The translations under genes and the position numbers were made by a program. From assembly GCF_006345805.1 (NCBI RefSeq), contig NW_021835267.1, positions 1 to 57,851 of the forward strand: a stretch of 57,851 nt of DNA, in the 5' to 3' direction. Each line of letters starts with the position of its first letter. Positions within the stretch are counted from its first letter, which is position 1. This document shows, piece after piece, positions 13,945 to 27,414 of the stretch. The notes under the pieces were generated by a model. That model had not been told where the DNA came from and did no database searches. It saw only the letters and a program-made list of their open reading frames with translations. The stretch comes from Octopus sinensis. Its lineage: Eukaryota.

Positions 13945-14045
13945 TAATGTGTATATCATATATATATATATACATATACATATATATATACATACATATA
14001 TATATATACACACATACACACACATATATATATATACATACACAT

Positions 14046-14076
<31 letters not shown>

Positions 14077-14153
14077 CATTTATATACATACACACCTATA
14101 TGTATATATACATACATACATATATATATTCATGCACACACACACGCACACAC

Positions 14154-14205
<52 letters not shown>
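13868..14205. repeat. Compound (CA)n/(CATA)n/(TA)n microsatellite
   Basis: Direct reading. Confidence 0.95.
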
Positions 14206-14206
<1 letters not shown>

Positions 14207-14451
14207 CAAGGTAGGTAGTTATAAAAGCCAAGTGTAGAAGCAACATAGAAAACCTCAAACGCCCGAATAAATCAAGTTGAATGAAAAAGAAAAGAAGCGA
14301 ACATTCTAATAGAGTCACACAATGCGCTACCATTTTCTAACAACAGCAAAAAAAAATATCCCTATCTTTTAACCAGCGAAACATCAAAAGACTATCCTAA
14401 AAAAATATAGAAAAGAAGAAGAACATTCACCAATATTGTATTTACGTTTAC

Positions 14452-14862
14452 GTTATGTTATATTATTATTATTATTTTTATTATTATTATTATATTATTA
14501 TTATCATTATTATTATTATTATTATATTATATTATCATATTATTATATTATTATTATTATTATTTATTATCATTATTATTATTATTATATTATTATTATT
14601 ATTATTATTATATTATCATATTATTATTAGTAATACTATTATTATTATTATTAGTTATTATTATACTATTATATATTATATTATTATGATCTTATTATTC
14701 TTATTATTATTATTATTATTATCTCTTCTCTCTTCTTCTTTTTTCTTTATATTATTATTATTATTATATTACTAGTATATTATCATTATATATCATATCA
14801 GATCATATTATTATTATTATATTATTATTCATTCTTCTTCTTCTATTATTATTATTACATTA

Positions 14863-14898
<36 letters not shown>

Positions 14899-15025
14899 CA
14901 TATTATTATTATTATTTTATATTATTATTATTATCTTCTCTTCTTCTTATATTATTACTATTATTACTATTATTATTATTATTATTATTATTATATTATT
15001 ATTATTATTTTTTTTATTAGTTATC
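14452..15025. repeat. Long degenerate (TTA)n microsatellite
   Basis: Direct reading. Confidence 0.95.
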
Positions 15026-15187
15026 ATTTATATATGTTTTTTTGTTCATTCTGAAAAATGCCTCGTTACCAATTAATCTTTTGTAACTTATCTAAAGGAC
15101 TCGCTCCATCGTTGCATTGTACTGATTGCTTAAAATAAAGAGGTGCATGAGGGAGTAAGCTAGTGTTTCTCAACCGGGATTCAGATA

Positions 15188-15849
15188 GGCGTAGGAGTGG
15201 TTATGTGGTAAGCAGCTTGCTTACCAACATCATGGTTCCGTGTTCAGTCCCACTGCATGGCACTTTGGGCAAGTGTATTCTACTATAGCCTCGGGCCGAC
15301 CAAAACCTTGTGAATGGATTTGGTAGACGGAAACTGAAAGAAGCCCATCGTATATATGTATATATATATATACTCTTTTACTCTTTTACTTGTTTCAGTA
15401 ATTTGAATGCGGCCATGCTGGAGCACCGCCTTTGTCGAGCAAATCGACCCCGGGACTTATTCTTTGTAAGCCAGTACTTATTCTATCGGTCTCTTTTGCC
15501 CGAAACCGCTAAGTGACGGGGACGTAAACACACCAGCATCGGCTGTCAAGCAATGCTAGGGGGACAAACACAGACACACCAACACCACACACATACATAT
15601 ATATATATACATATATCGACAGGCCTCCTTCAGTTTCCGTCTACCAAATCCACTCACAAGGCATTGGTTGCCCGGGGCTATAGCAGAAGACACTTGCCAA
15701 GATGCCACGCAGTGGGACTGAACCCGGAGCCATGTGGTTCGTTAGCAAGCTACTTACCACACAGCCACTCCTGCGCCTTATATATATATATATTATATAT
15801 ATATATAATATATATATATAATATATATATATATATATTATAAATTATA

Positions 15850-15895
<46 letters not shown>

Positions 15896-15971
15896 CATAT
15901 ATATATATCTATATATATATATATTTCGGAATGGTCATATTTAAACGTATATATATATATATATATACATA

Positions 15972-16006
<35 letters not shown>

Positions 16007-16009
16007 ATA

Positions 16010-16050
<41 letters not shown>

Positions 16051-16085
16051 ATATATATATATATATGTATGTTATATATATATAT

Positions 16086-16119
<34 letters not shown>

Positions 16120-16320
16120 GGTGTGTGGTGTGTGTGTGTGTGTGTTATGTGTTTGTGTTTGACCCTCCACATCGTTTGACAACCGATGGTGGTGTGATTA
16201 CGTCCCCGTAAGTTAGCGGTTCGGTAAAAGAGACCGATAGAGTAAGTACTAGGCTTACAAAGAATAAGTTCTGGGGTCGGTGTGCACAACTAAAGGCGGT
16301 GCTCCAGCATGGCTGCAGTC
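15188..16320 (+). mobile_element. SINE family C (CORE-like; head GGCGyAGGAGTGG.TrTGTGGTAAG), split by a nested antiparallel copy and (TA)n
   Basis: 5' half 15188-15355 with GGCACTTTGGGCAAGTGT (CORE-like); 3' half ~16140-16320 ending GGTGCTCCAGCATGGCTGCAGTC. Confidence 0.85.
15372..15778 (-). mobile_element. SINE family C, full length, nested antisense in the previous copy
   Basis: Reverse complement matches 31308-31708 along its length. Confidence 0.9.
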
Positions 16321-16496
16321 ATATATGCCCTCCGCTTTTGTAGCAACTCATACATTACTGCCAACACAACATACAAAAACACCACACGAACACACATCTT
16401 GGAATTTTTGCACTCACCCATACACACTTATATACACACACACACACGAACATCCACACGTATTGAATTGAGAAACACATTAGCATTTGTTGTGTT

Positions 16497-17002
16497 GTGA
16501 CCCCATTGGGTCATGAATGACCATGGGATTGCACTTAGAAAGTTACCCTCCGAGGCATATGTCTGGGCAAGGTTGTTTATGGATGACCAGCAGTCGCCCA
16601 CGCATATCAGCTTCCCCTCTCCACACCACTGATGTTATTCAAGGCAAAGGCAAAAGGGATGATACAGCTTGGCACCAGTGATGTTTATTAACGCAGCTCA
16701 TTTATTAACGTGCAAGTGGCTGAGCACTTCACAGACATGTGTACTCTTAACGTAGTTCTCAGGGAGATTCAGCGTGACAAGGCTGGCCTTTTGAAATACA
16801 GGTACAACAGAAACAGGAAGAAAGAGTGAGAGAAAGTTGTGGCGAAAGAGTACAGCAGGGTTCGCCCCCCCCCCTGCCGGAGCATCGTAAAGCTTTAGGT
16901 GTTTTCGCTCAATAAACACTCACAATGCCCGTCAGGAAATCGAAACCGTGATACTAAGAGCGCGAGTCCGCTGCCATAACCACTGGGCCATTGCGCCTCC
17001 AC
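16497..17002 (-). mobile_element. SINE family A head/body (16700-17002) joined to a different ~200-bp 3' module (16497-16690)
   Basis: Family A homology stops at ATTAACGTGCAAGTGG; the adjacent GC-richer module (minus strand AACAACCTTGCCCAGAC...GTGCAATCCCATGGTC) resembles RTE-associated untranslated sequence from memory. Confidence 0.7.
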
Positions 17003-17080
17003 ATTCCTTGTAGTAGTATGTCTATAAATCCTGCTATGAGCGACGAAAAACGGTAACAGTTAAGAACTTGTGTTAATTAT

Positions 17081-17259
17081 TATTTCTTTATCGCCCACAA
17101 CGGGCTAAACATAGAGAGGACAAACAAGGACAGACAAAGGGATTAAGTCGATTATATCGACCCAGTGCGTAACTGGTATTTAATTTATCGACCTCGAAAG
17201 GATGAAAGGTAAAGTCGACCTCGGTGGAATTTGAACTCAGAACATAACGGCAGACAAAA
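17081..17259 (-). mobile_element. 5'-truncated SINE family B with LINE-like tail and 16-bp TSD
   Basis: TSD AACTTGTGTTAATTAT at 17065-17080 and 17260-17275; minus-strand tail TGTTTAGCCCGTTGTGGGCGATAAAGAAATA. Confidence 0.9.
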
Positions 17260-17968
17260 AACTTGTGTTAATTATATTAACTGTGTGAGTCCCATCCTGC
17301 AAGCCTTGTACGAAACGATTATATATTTCATTTTGTTAATGTATAATGAAAACGGTTGCTCTTGAAAACAAACCTCAGACTTGTTTATTATCTAAAATAA
17401 TTCTTCGATATATTTCTGCAGCATTCATCTAAAGTTCGCAATGTATTTTAATATTCTACCTGTTCCAAAGGAAACACTTTCATGAAAATCTTCTGCACCA
17501 ATTTATATAAGGCCAATCCTAGAAAATTATATTACTGGTGTGAGATCAATTCTCCTCTGGTATTGCGTAATTGCTTTCTCTCAAATAAAATAATTCGTTT
17601 CATAACTTTCTCGTCTCCTAGTTTCAAACTAATCAATAAATACAACTTTCACTAAATTCGCTGGAAAGTTACTTCGACAACATTTACACCAAGAACACTT
17701 CGACTGCTTTCTATTTTATGTTTGAATATTTTTCTCTCACAGAATCTTATGTCACCTGAGCAGTTTTCTTCTGCTTATTTATTTTGTTGTGTATTTCAAT
17801 GACATACAAAATACATTAAATAGAGTATTTTCATATTTTCACTCAATATTTTCTTTTGAAAATTGCTTTTACTAGCATTCGAGGATGGTCAAACTAATAT
17901 TTTACCGCGATTGCTTACCGCGTCTTCTATTCACCTCGCTATAAGTGATCGTTCTGTGACATTATTTG

Positions 17969-18053
<85 letters not shown>

Positions 18054-18082
18054 GTTCTGTGTATGGATGTATCATATGTATG

Positions 18083-18125
<43 letters not shown>

Positions 18126-21100
18126 TGTGTACTGCCGTACACAATTTAAAATAGTCAGCTACACAGATCACAAATTTGTGACGTGTACGCTCGACTTAGA
18201 TAAGACAGATAGACAGGTTCCCGGTTACTGGAAACTGAACACGTCGCTCTTAGCGCGACAGGTTTACAGGAACCGGATTAGCGAGTTAATTAAGAGGGCG
18301 CTGACGGGAGCCGTCGTTAACAACCGCTTGTGGTACGCCCTGAAAATGGCAATAAAATCGGAATCAGTTAGGTTTAGCAAGGAATTAGCGATAGATCGAA
18401 ATGGAGTAGAGGGAGACCTGGTTAAGAAACTAAAGAGGCACTTACCACTGGCAGCGCAACCAACGTGCTGGCTGTGAGGATGGCCTCGACCAACACCTCA
18501 ACGCCAAGCACGAAGGTTGCGTCGTCAAGAGCTAAAATGCGTGCCTTAAGGAACGAAGCGATCGAAGCTGCGCGAGATTGCCCGGGTAGCGGAGGCGCAG
18601 CGTGGCAACGAGCCACCTTCGGTCTCTAATAGATCAACAGGGATGCAGTTTACTCGAACCCGAAAGGATGTGTGAGGCCTTCACAGCACTTTGCTCGACT
18701 GTTTGGTGCGAGTGGTGGGTCGGAACGAGGGTATGGATTTCAGTGCCTAGCTGACCGACCTGCCGCGGCTCTCGGCAAGAGAAGCGGAGTGTTGTGAAAG
18801 TCCCATCCACAGCCGCTACGTGCGGGATGCGATGGCGGGCTGCGCGAGGGATAAGTCGCTGGATTGAATGGTTTACCTTACGAGCTGTATTGTCAAATGC
18901 CAGACTTGTTTGGCGACCTCTTGGCATCAGTCTACTGCAACTGGAGAATCCCCGGTTTCGTGAGCCGAGGTGCAGTGACGTTGCTGAAGAAAGACCCAAA
19001 CAAGGGGAATTTTATAGATAATTTCAGGCCCATCACTCTGCTCAACACAGATTTGAAAATTTTGGCCAAAGTAATAGCCGAGAGGTTGGCGCTTGTCATT
19101 GGTAAACTGGTCGACAGGGCGCAAACATGAGCCGTGCCGGGCAGAACCATACATGACAACCTCCATCTGATGCGCTACATTGTGGACAGGGTAGTTAAGG
19201 ATCCTGGCATGGGTGGGGCGCTGATCAATTTGGACAGTCTAAAGCCTTCGATAGGGTCGACCATCGGTACTTGGCGGCCGTCCTCAGGGCGGCTGGCTTC
19301 GGTCCCGTCTTCCGGGGTTTGATCGCTGCCTTGTATAGCGGCATCCGATCGGTGATTCGGGTGAACGGTCATCTGTCGAAACCGTTTGACATCATGCGTT
19401 CGGTCCGTCAGGGGTGTCCCCTGTCGGCGCTTCTGTATGTATTGACTCTCGAGCCGCTACTGCGGAAGCTGGCGACACTGAGGGGCATCCCACAGGAACT
19501 GGGTTGCGGGACGAGCGTGTCGGCATATGCGGACGATGTCACCGTCATAGTGTCGAGCGACAAACACATCAAGATGATAGGCGAGACATTAAGAAAATAC
19601 GAAACGGTGACGGGAGCGAAGATTAACCCGGAAAAGTCAGTGGGTTTGCTACTCGGCACCTGGAGAAGCAAGCCCATGTCGTCCGACTGCGGCTCAGTAG
19701 TGGACGCTGGACGGACGGACCGGTTAAATTGCTCGGGGTCTGGTTCAGTCCGCACCTCCAAATGGATAAGAACTGGGACGAGATCAAGGGTAGAGTGGTC
19801 GCTCTCAGCCAAACATGGGCCGAGAGAAAGCTGTCTCTAGAAGGCCGGGCGGAGGTGGCGAACGCGTACATCGCATCCGTCATCGATTACCGCCTGACCG
19901 TCGTACCTTGTCCCGACGCCACCATCACCAAACTGGAACGCATACTCTTACGCTTCCTGTGGAAGGGTGGCGTTCCGATGGTGAGGAAGTCCATTTGCTG
20001 TCAACATCCGTTGAATGGAGGACTGGGCATGCCGTGGTTGATGATGCGCAGGCATGCGCTGAGACTGCGACATCTCTGGAACTTCATCGACGACGGTGAA
20101 CAGGTGTGGGCGCGCCTTCCCGCAGCTCGTCTCACTGACCGAACTGCAAATGTGGATCAAGAAGAGACCGAAACTGGGCGATTGGCACCGAGAGTGTCGC
20201 CAAGCTCTACAGCAGCTCTGCCGACCGGGGTCAAACTTGTGCAACTTACAAAAGACTAAAGCGTTATATAGAGGACTAGTGGAGGGGAGGTCCGACGACA
20301 CACTCGGGGCAAACCTGGGCGTCGACGAGAAATTCCTAACCCGCCTGTTCAGGACGACGTTCGGGCCGGGGCCTATGGATAACTTCCAGAAATCCCTGGC
20401 TTGGCAGTGCTATCGAGACGCACTACCTGTTCGAGAGAAGAGCTACAGGCACGGTTCGAAAACCATCACGGACCGACCTGCCCGAGATGCGGTCAGAGCG
20501 ACGAAACCGTTCTGCACGCACTCGTGCAGTGTCCAGATATTTCAGAGCTGTGGACCTTCGTCGAACAGCTGTTGTCACGTGTAGGTGGGCCCGCCTATCG
20601 GCCGAGTCTATCGTTAATATTGTTCCACCACCTTCCTTTAAACGGGAAGGGAAACGGTTTTCGTTACGCTGATGGCTATGGCGAAAGAATGTGTGTGGGG
20701 ACGCGTTTGAAAGGACTGCAAACAAAAACCTTCCTCTCTGGTCTGTCTCTCGTCAACTTTTTCAAGTACCATGAAAAGGAGGATGAGAATAGAGAGGAAG
20801 GCTTTGTCGAACGAATGTTTTAATAAAAAGTGGGTAAAAGTGGCAAAAATGGTCAGTATGAAAGACGACACTATTTTAAGCGTAAATCTGTAACCAAAAG
20901 AGACAACGAGAGGTAAGGTGACTTACTCATGTGTTCATTTTCGAACTGTCTGAGGTTACCTTGGTCTTTTTTGTAGGTTTTTCTTTCCAAGGCTACACCT
21001 AAACTGTGAACCTTATATATATATATATTGCTTTTTTATACACCACACAACCCACAGATCCATATTGATCAAAGGTTTTTTTTGTGCTCCACCCATCCCA

Positions 21101-21180
21101 CCTCGAAAAGAAAAAAATTCTACATTGTATTTCGTCCATTTTTATTGTGTGTTTAGCCCTGTGTGGCTACAATAAAAAAT
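18126..21180 (+). mobile_element. 5'-truncated non-LTR retrotransposon, L1/Tx1 clade
   Basis: End of APE domain (SYTDHKFV...GYWKLNTSLL), RT motifs (NFRPITLLNTDLKILAK, GRTIHDNL, SVRQGCPLSALLY, SAYADDV, GAKINPEKS), C-terminal CPRC-x8-H-x4-C zinc knuckle, 3' UTR ending AATAAA at 21171-21176. Confidence 0.95.
18130..20893 (+). pseudogene. Disrupted ORF2 (endonuclease C-terminus, reverse transcriptase, zinc knuckle) of the LINE
   Basis: Homology hops between ORF-track fragments 18052-18477, 18864-19130, 19134-19322, 19271-19840, 19729-20259, 20096-20584 and 20401-20823; several frameshifts and in-frame stops (e.g. TGA at 19128-19130). Confidence 0.9.
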
Positions 21181-23116
21181 GATCTAACTATTTATATATA
21201 TATAACTATCTATATATCTACTGTATTTAAAAAAAACCCAGCTTGATCAGGTCTTCACACTTAGCGTAGATTCCGGTATCAAGAACAATATTCCCACCTA
21301 AAATAAGCCGGAATATTCTATCACGCGTTCTAGAAAATACTGATTACAAATACCATAATCCAATTTCAGCCAAAGTGGATGCTGATCAATGCTCAACTTA
21401 CCACCGTGTCTTCGCACCGTAAGACTAATTGATTACCAGGTCCTGTCATTCTCTAAACCACTGAAAATGTATGGCAAATTAATAGGCAGTTGTGCTTCTT
21501 TTCATCTGTTTTCTTAAGTGTTTAACTGAAAATTGGTTTGTCTCATTGTGTCTGGATCCTCATCGACGACAGGAAATATTGATGTGTTTTAAATAACTTT
21601 TATCCATGATTTAATCGCATTCTATTAAATACACATCTCTCTGACAAACAATGCGGATGCATTCTTTTCATCATGAATAACATGTTTACATAATGTGAGG
21701 AGAGAAATGCTTCTGTTGATTAGACAAGTCAAATTGAAGCACTTTTCCGAATTGAATCCAGATAGGACTTTTGTATAAACACTGCTTTGATTTTTTTTAC
21801 AAAAAAATGTAGTTCTAGACAAATTAAATTTAAACGTTGAAGTGAATCTAACGGTTTTTGTGTATGAAATGGCTTATAAACACATTTCACGCTGTAATTG
21901 TTCTTGTTTCAACACATGATCTCAGATTAGGTCACTTGCTATGTAAGTACATCTCTGTAGTTCTTGACTTTTATATTAAAGTCTTGCAACTATAACACAC
22001 TAAAAAAGTATATTAAAAGTTTTATGGGTCAGCACTACGTCCTACTGCGTTATTTTGTAAAGGTTACTTCGACAGAAACTAGAGCCAGCATGTTGTAGCA
22101 AAAATCAGTGCTAGATTTTTATGTCCTGGTCTGACATTGGTGCAGTAGCCTTCCTTTGCATGAAGCATAATAAAATAATGAATATTACTGATTTTCTGTG
22201 TAGATATTTTGTGATATGGTATTTCATTGTAATAATTAGTGTTTCCGAATCGCTTGTCGATTCAACTGAGTCATTTCCCTCCCGAAATCTTGTAGAGCTG
22301 TGTAATCTAGAATAGTTTACTCTATGCTATTTAGGGTGAATCTAGACCCACCATATTCAAATCGTAATCCAGATGGTAGGAATTCAATATTCTCGTTACC
22401 TCCAGCGGAGATTTGAGTCCAGTTCTTGAAATAAACAAACCGCATTAATTACTCCGAACTCCGTCGTTAAACAAATCAGAACATTGAAGGTTCATGTTAT
22501 GAATAGCTATGATTAAATAGGTTGGCAAATGAAGTGTATATTTCCCTTGTCCGGAAGATAAAGTAGAACGTTTTCGATGGAATACAGAATGTTGATATCA
22601 ACCATTTATGAAAACACTATCAAATCAGCCTGTTGCGATTAAACACAAAAACAAATCAAAACCGAAACATTCTTTAAAAAGTTCAAATATCTAAACTAGA
22701 AACTATTTTCTATCTGCAAAATACAGAAAAATATTGAAAGTCTTCATCGCTATCATCTTCTGCACAGCAACTATCGCCATCGTGTTTCTAGCAAAGTTGT
22801 TATGCTATTTTTTCTTCTTACTCCAACAATTTTAAACATTTGTTGTATTCAAAAGATTCATATTTGATTTCCTTTTATTGTTAAATATTGCAGATAAAAA
22901 AATAATATGAATTAAATATTCTTCTGTAAGCAGCTTCTTCTTCTTTTTTTTTATTGATTTGAATCAATTCGAAGCAGTGTATAAAACAGAAACAACACAA
23001 GTCAAGTAATTCGAGAATCGATTTTATGCTTCCAAGATGTATACGCCTCTGAACACATGCATAGAGACAAAGACATACACAAACAAAGACGCCAACACAC
23101 ACGCACACACACACAA

Positions 23117-23152
<36 letters not shown>

Positions 23153-23399
23153 TACATACATGTATGCATGCATATATACGTACATGCATACATACTTACG
23201 CATCTGAGCGTCTGTGAGCTTTGTGTATCTTTCGTTTACTTTGTGCACGATTTCTATCATCGTACACATGTATGTAGAATGTATGTATGCATGAGTAAGT
23301 ATATATGTACGCTGCAGATTTACAGGCCATGTGTTCATGTTTCAGTATTCTATATGTACTGAAACACACACACACACATATATCCTAACATCTAAACAT

Positions 23400-23820
23400 A
23401 CATTGTACATATACATATATATATGATTATGTACATGTATGTATATATGCTTACACACACACACACACGCGCACACACACACACACATATATATATATAT
23501 GAATATATATATATATATGTATATAAGTATGTATATGTATATATATGCTTATGTATGCATATGTGTGTATGCATTTATATGTATATATATGTATATGCAT
23601 TTATATGTATATATATGTATATATATGCATATGTGTATATATGTAATTATATGCATATGTGTATATATGTATATGAATTTATATGTATATATATGTATAT
23701 ATATGCATATGTGTATATATGTAATTATATGCATATGTGTATATATGTATAGGAATTTATATGTATATATATGTGTACACACGCAGGCACACACACATAT
23801 GTGTGTGTGTGTGTGTGTTT
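23400..23820. repeat. TA/TG microsatellite with a ~78-bp higher-order duplication
   Basis: ATTTATATGTATATATATGTATATATATGCATATGTGTATATATGTAATTATATGCATATGTG... repeats at ~23599 and ~23677. Confidence 0.85.
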
Positions 23821-24284
23821 GTAATGTTAAGTTGATGAACTTTTGAAACAAGTTTTTATTTCCTTTGTTCGAATATTAATCTTCTTTTGGCAAATGTTAT
23901 CTTTTGAAAATCTGATTTTTATTTCGTTCTGCTGACGGTGAACGTACAACACTCGTTTGTGTAGAAGTTCAGACACTGAGGGAGTGAAACTGTTATTTTA
24001 AAAGTATTCTGTTGATTTTGAGTGAGACGAAAACAAGAGAAGGCAAAAAAAAAAAAAAAAACTAAACAAAACAAACCAAAAAGAAAACAAAAAAAAACTA
24101 TGTAGCGCACACACAAACACACACACACACACTCAAACACACACACACACACATGCAGATAAAGATGAATAAATGAAATAGCCTTATCTAATGAACGGAA
24201 AAAGAAGTGTATTCATGTTTTGAATTATGTTTTGCATTCATTTCAATGAATCCTACAGTTATGCGCATATACCCGCACAGTACG

Positions 24285-24287
24285 AAT

Positions 24288-24322
<35 letters not shown>

Positions 24323-24368
24323 GATATATTATACAGATGATACACACAGCACACACACACACTATATA

Positions 24369-24399
<31 letters not shown>

Positions 24400-24569
24400 C
24401 ACGTACTCATACATACATATACATACATACATGCATATATATATATCATATATATATGTATATTTATATATATTATAGATATGTATATATGTACATATGT
24501 ATATAGATGTATGTGTATATCATACTGTATATATATATATATATATATATAGAGTATATATATATACTA

Positions 24570-24609
<40 letters not shown>

Positions 24610-24788
24610 ATATATCAACACACATAATATGTATATATATTGTTGGCATTTAGAAACAGACAGGTGTATAGTGTAACGTTCGGGAAGATGTACATATACA
24701 TGCATATATACAATGATGTATATATATATATATTATCTATATATATATATATATATATAATATATATATATATATAATATATATATAC

Positions 24789-24837
<49 letters not shown>

Positions 24838-24855
24838 CATGTATGTGTGTGTGCA
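24285..24855. repeat. Degenerate (TA)n/(TG)n tracts
   Basis: Direct reading. Confidence 0.9.
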
Positions 24856-24977
24856 TGTATCCCCGGTATCCGAAACTCTGAGTTTTATTAAGACAACCAT
24901 CTAGTTGCACCGTTATAGTTATTGATAAATTCGTCTATTTTACATAATATGGATGTCCCATTCATTGTTTTGTTGTA

Positions 24978-24979
24978 TA

Positions 24980-25036
<57 letters not shown>

Positions 25037-25043
25037 TATCATA

Positions 25044-25085
<42 letters not shown>

Positions 25086-25113
25086 TATTATTATTATTAT
25101 TATTATATCATTA

Positions 25114-25144
<31 letters not shown>

Positions 25145-25430
25145 TATTATATTATTATTATTATTATTATATCATTATCATTATTATTATATTATTATTA
25201 TTATCATTATTATTATATCCTTATATCATTTTATTATTAGTATTATTAATAATATATATATATATACATGCATACATATATATATGTACAACACATAGAT
25301 ATATAATATATATATATAGATATATATATATATTATATATTTATAATATATACATATTTACATACATAAATACGCATATTTATATATATAATATATATAT
25401 CTGTATATTATATGTATATGTTAACATATA
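24978..25430. repeat. (TTA)n followed by degenerate (TA)n
   Basis: Direct reading; source of the spurious 268-aa ORF. Confidence 0.95.
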
Positions 25431-26107
25431 TGTTCGTATTTTGTATAAACGTTCACATTCACACACACACACGCACGCTCGCACACAAACACGCACAAAC
25501 ATACCCTCAAGTGCATATACATCTATTCATATTCATATGCATTCATATATATGTATATATAGATATGCATATACATATATTATATTATATATATATATAT
25601 GTGTGTGTGTGTGTATGCTTGAACATACACATATATGTGTATATACACGTCTATTTTGTATCTTCAATTATGTAATATATGCACATGATTATTATATATA
25701 CGTGTGTGTATATATGTCATACATATAGAAACACAAGCACATTACATATTTATTATTTCTGAAAGATTAATATCAACTAAGATAATGGAAAATGTTTTCT
25801 CTTTCTTGAAAACAACCCTTGATAGATTAGCGGAGGATTAATAGAGATTGAAATACACATGCACACACACATGCAGCGCAGAGACACATGTAGCGCAGAG
25901 ACACATGTAGTGCAGACACACACATACATACAGAGTCAGCTGAAAGCACACAAGCTCACTTTCTACGATCCAACTATATACACACACACACACACACACA
26001 CCTCCATACATATATTCGAGCAAACATGCATATGTATAAACTCACACGCATATACATAAACACACAGACACACATATATATATATACATATGTGTATTAT
26101 ATATTAT

Positions 26108-26163
<56 letters not shown>

Positions 26164-27414
26164 ACATACATAATAAGATAGATGAGAAAAAGATAAAAGG
26201 GAAAATGTAAACATGAGATGGTTCTAAGAACTCGGAAGCTGCTCAGTTTCACTGGAAATATTCTCATCATTTTAAATGTAATCAGGTTATTTTCCTTTAT
26301 CAATGAGGGCAATCATCGATCACATTTGTACTGAACATCATATGACGCTGCGAGTTGTAACACTGATGTAATGTCATCAGCAGGAGACGAAATGTCAGCG
26401 AATGTATCTTTCAAAAAGCAAAAATCAAAACAAAAAATGTCGATAGGATAGGTCATGAAATTGATGCTAAACATGAAATGAAATCTGACACAGATCTGTT
26501 TGTAAGGAACGTTGGAAAATATTAGTTAATAGGAGATCAAAGCAACTGGTTGGGAAGAGTATACGTGGATATTGGGAAGGAAGAGCGCAAGATATAGAGG
26601 GAATGAATACGTCGAAATGAATATTGATAAATGTGTAACATCTGAAGGGTTACCGTCATGTTTTCCTGAAGTAAAATATATCAAACCAGTACCGTATAGA
26701 CTGAAGGAAAACAATACATCAACGGGAAACAGCTAAATATGAAGAAATGTCATGAAAATACAACTGCATAACGGGTCTTGATGTGATAGCCAGAGCAGTT
26801 TAGAGTTGAGCGAGGCAGAAAATGTTGACAACAAATAATGTGAAGCGTATTGAGAATGATGGTCGAATTTTTTTTGTTAAAAAGAACAACCAGCCCGACA
26901 TTGTTATCTGGAATTTAATTTAAGAAGTGGGCCTAAATGAGTAATTTCTGATTTCTTGTTATTTTTTCCCTACTAGTGGGAGAGGGAGAGAGAGAGAAGT
27001 ATAGACGAGGGAAGATATCCGATACAGTGTTAACGACCGAATAGAAAAGTTAGCTGCTATAACTAATTAGAAAACAAAGACAAATTCATTACTGGTTGAA
27101 TGAAGTCATTACCTGCAACAATAAAATATATTTTAATGAACCGAGAAATATATTAATTTTGATTCTTCACGTCAAAAAGCTCATACTGAAATTACATAAA
27201 AAAATTTAAAATAAAATCCAAAAGTAGTAAAAATAACAGCCAGATACATTTTCTCTTTATTGCCAAGGCCAGCTGAAGAAACTTCTTCACTGTTGTGACA
27301 GATAACGATTAACCATCGCGTGTGCCTAATTATAATGTCTAATAAAACCAACCAGCGACTTCCTCCTTTGTATTATTTCAAATAAAGTGGCGAGCAGACA
27401 TAATTGTTAGCCGG

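Noticed and set aside
24861-24886. CCCCGGTATCC-GAAAC-TCTGA-GTT, a possible hammerhead 3' half
   Set aside because: The 5' half is missing (replaced by microsatellite); too short to support.
26364-26400. CTGATG...CATCAG hairpin near GAAATGTC
   Set aside because: Core and stems cannot be assembled into a hammerhead on either strand.
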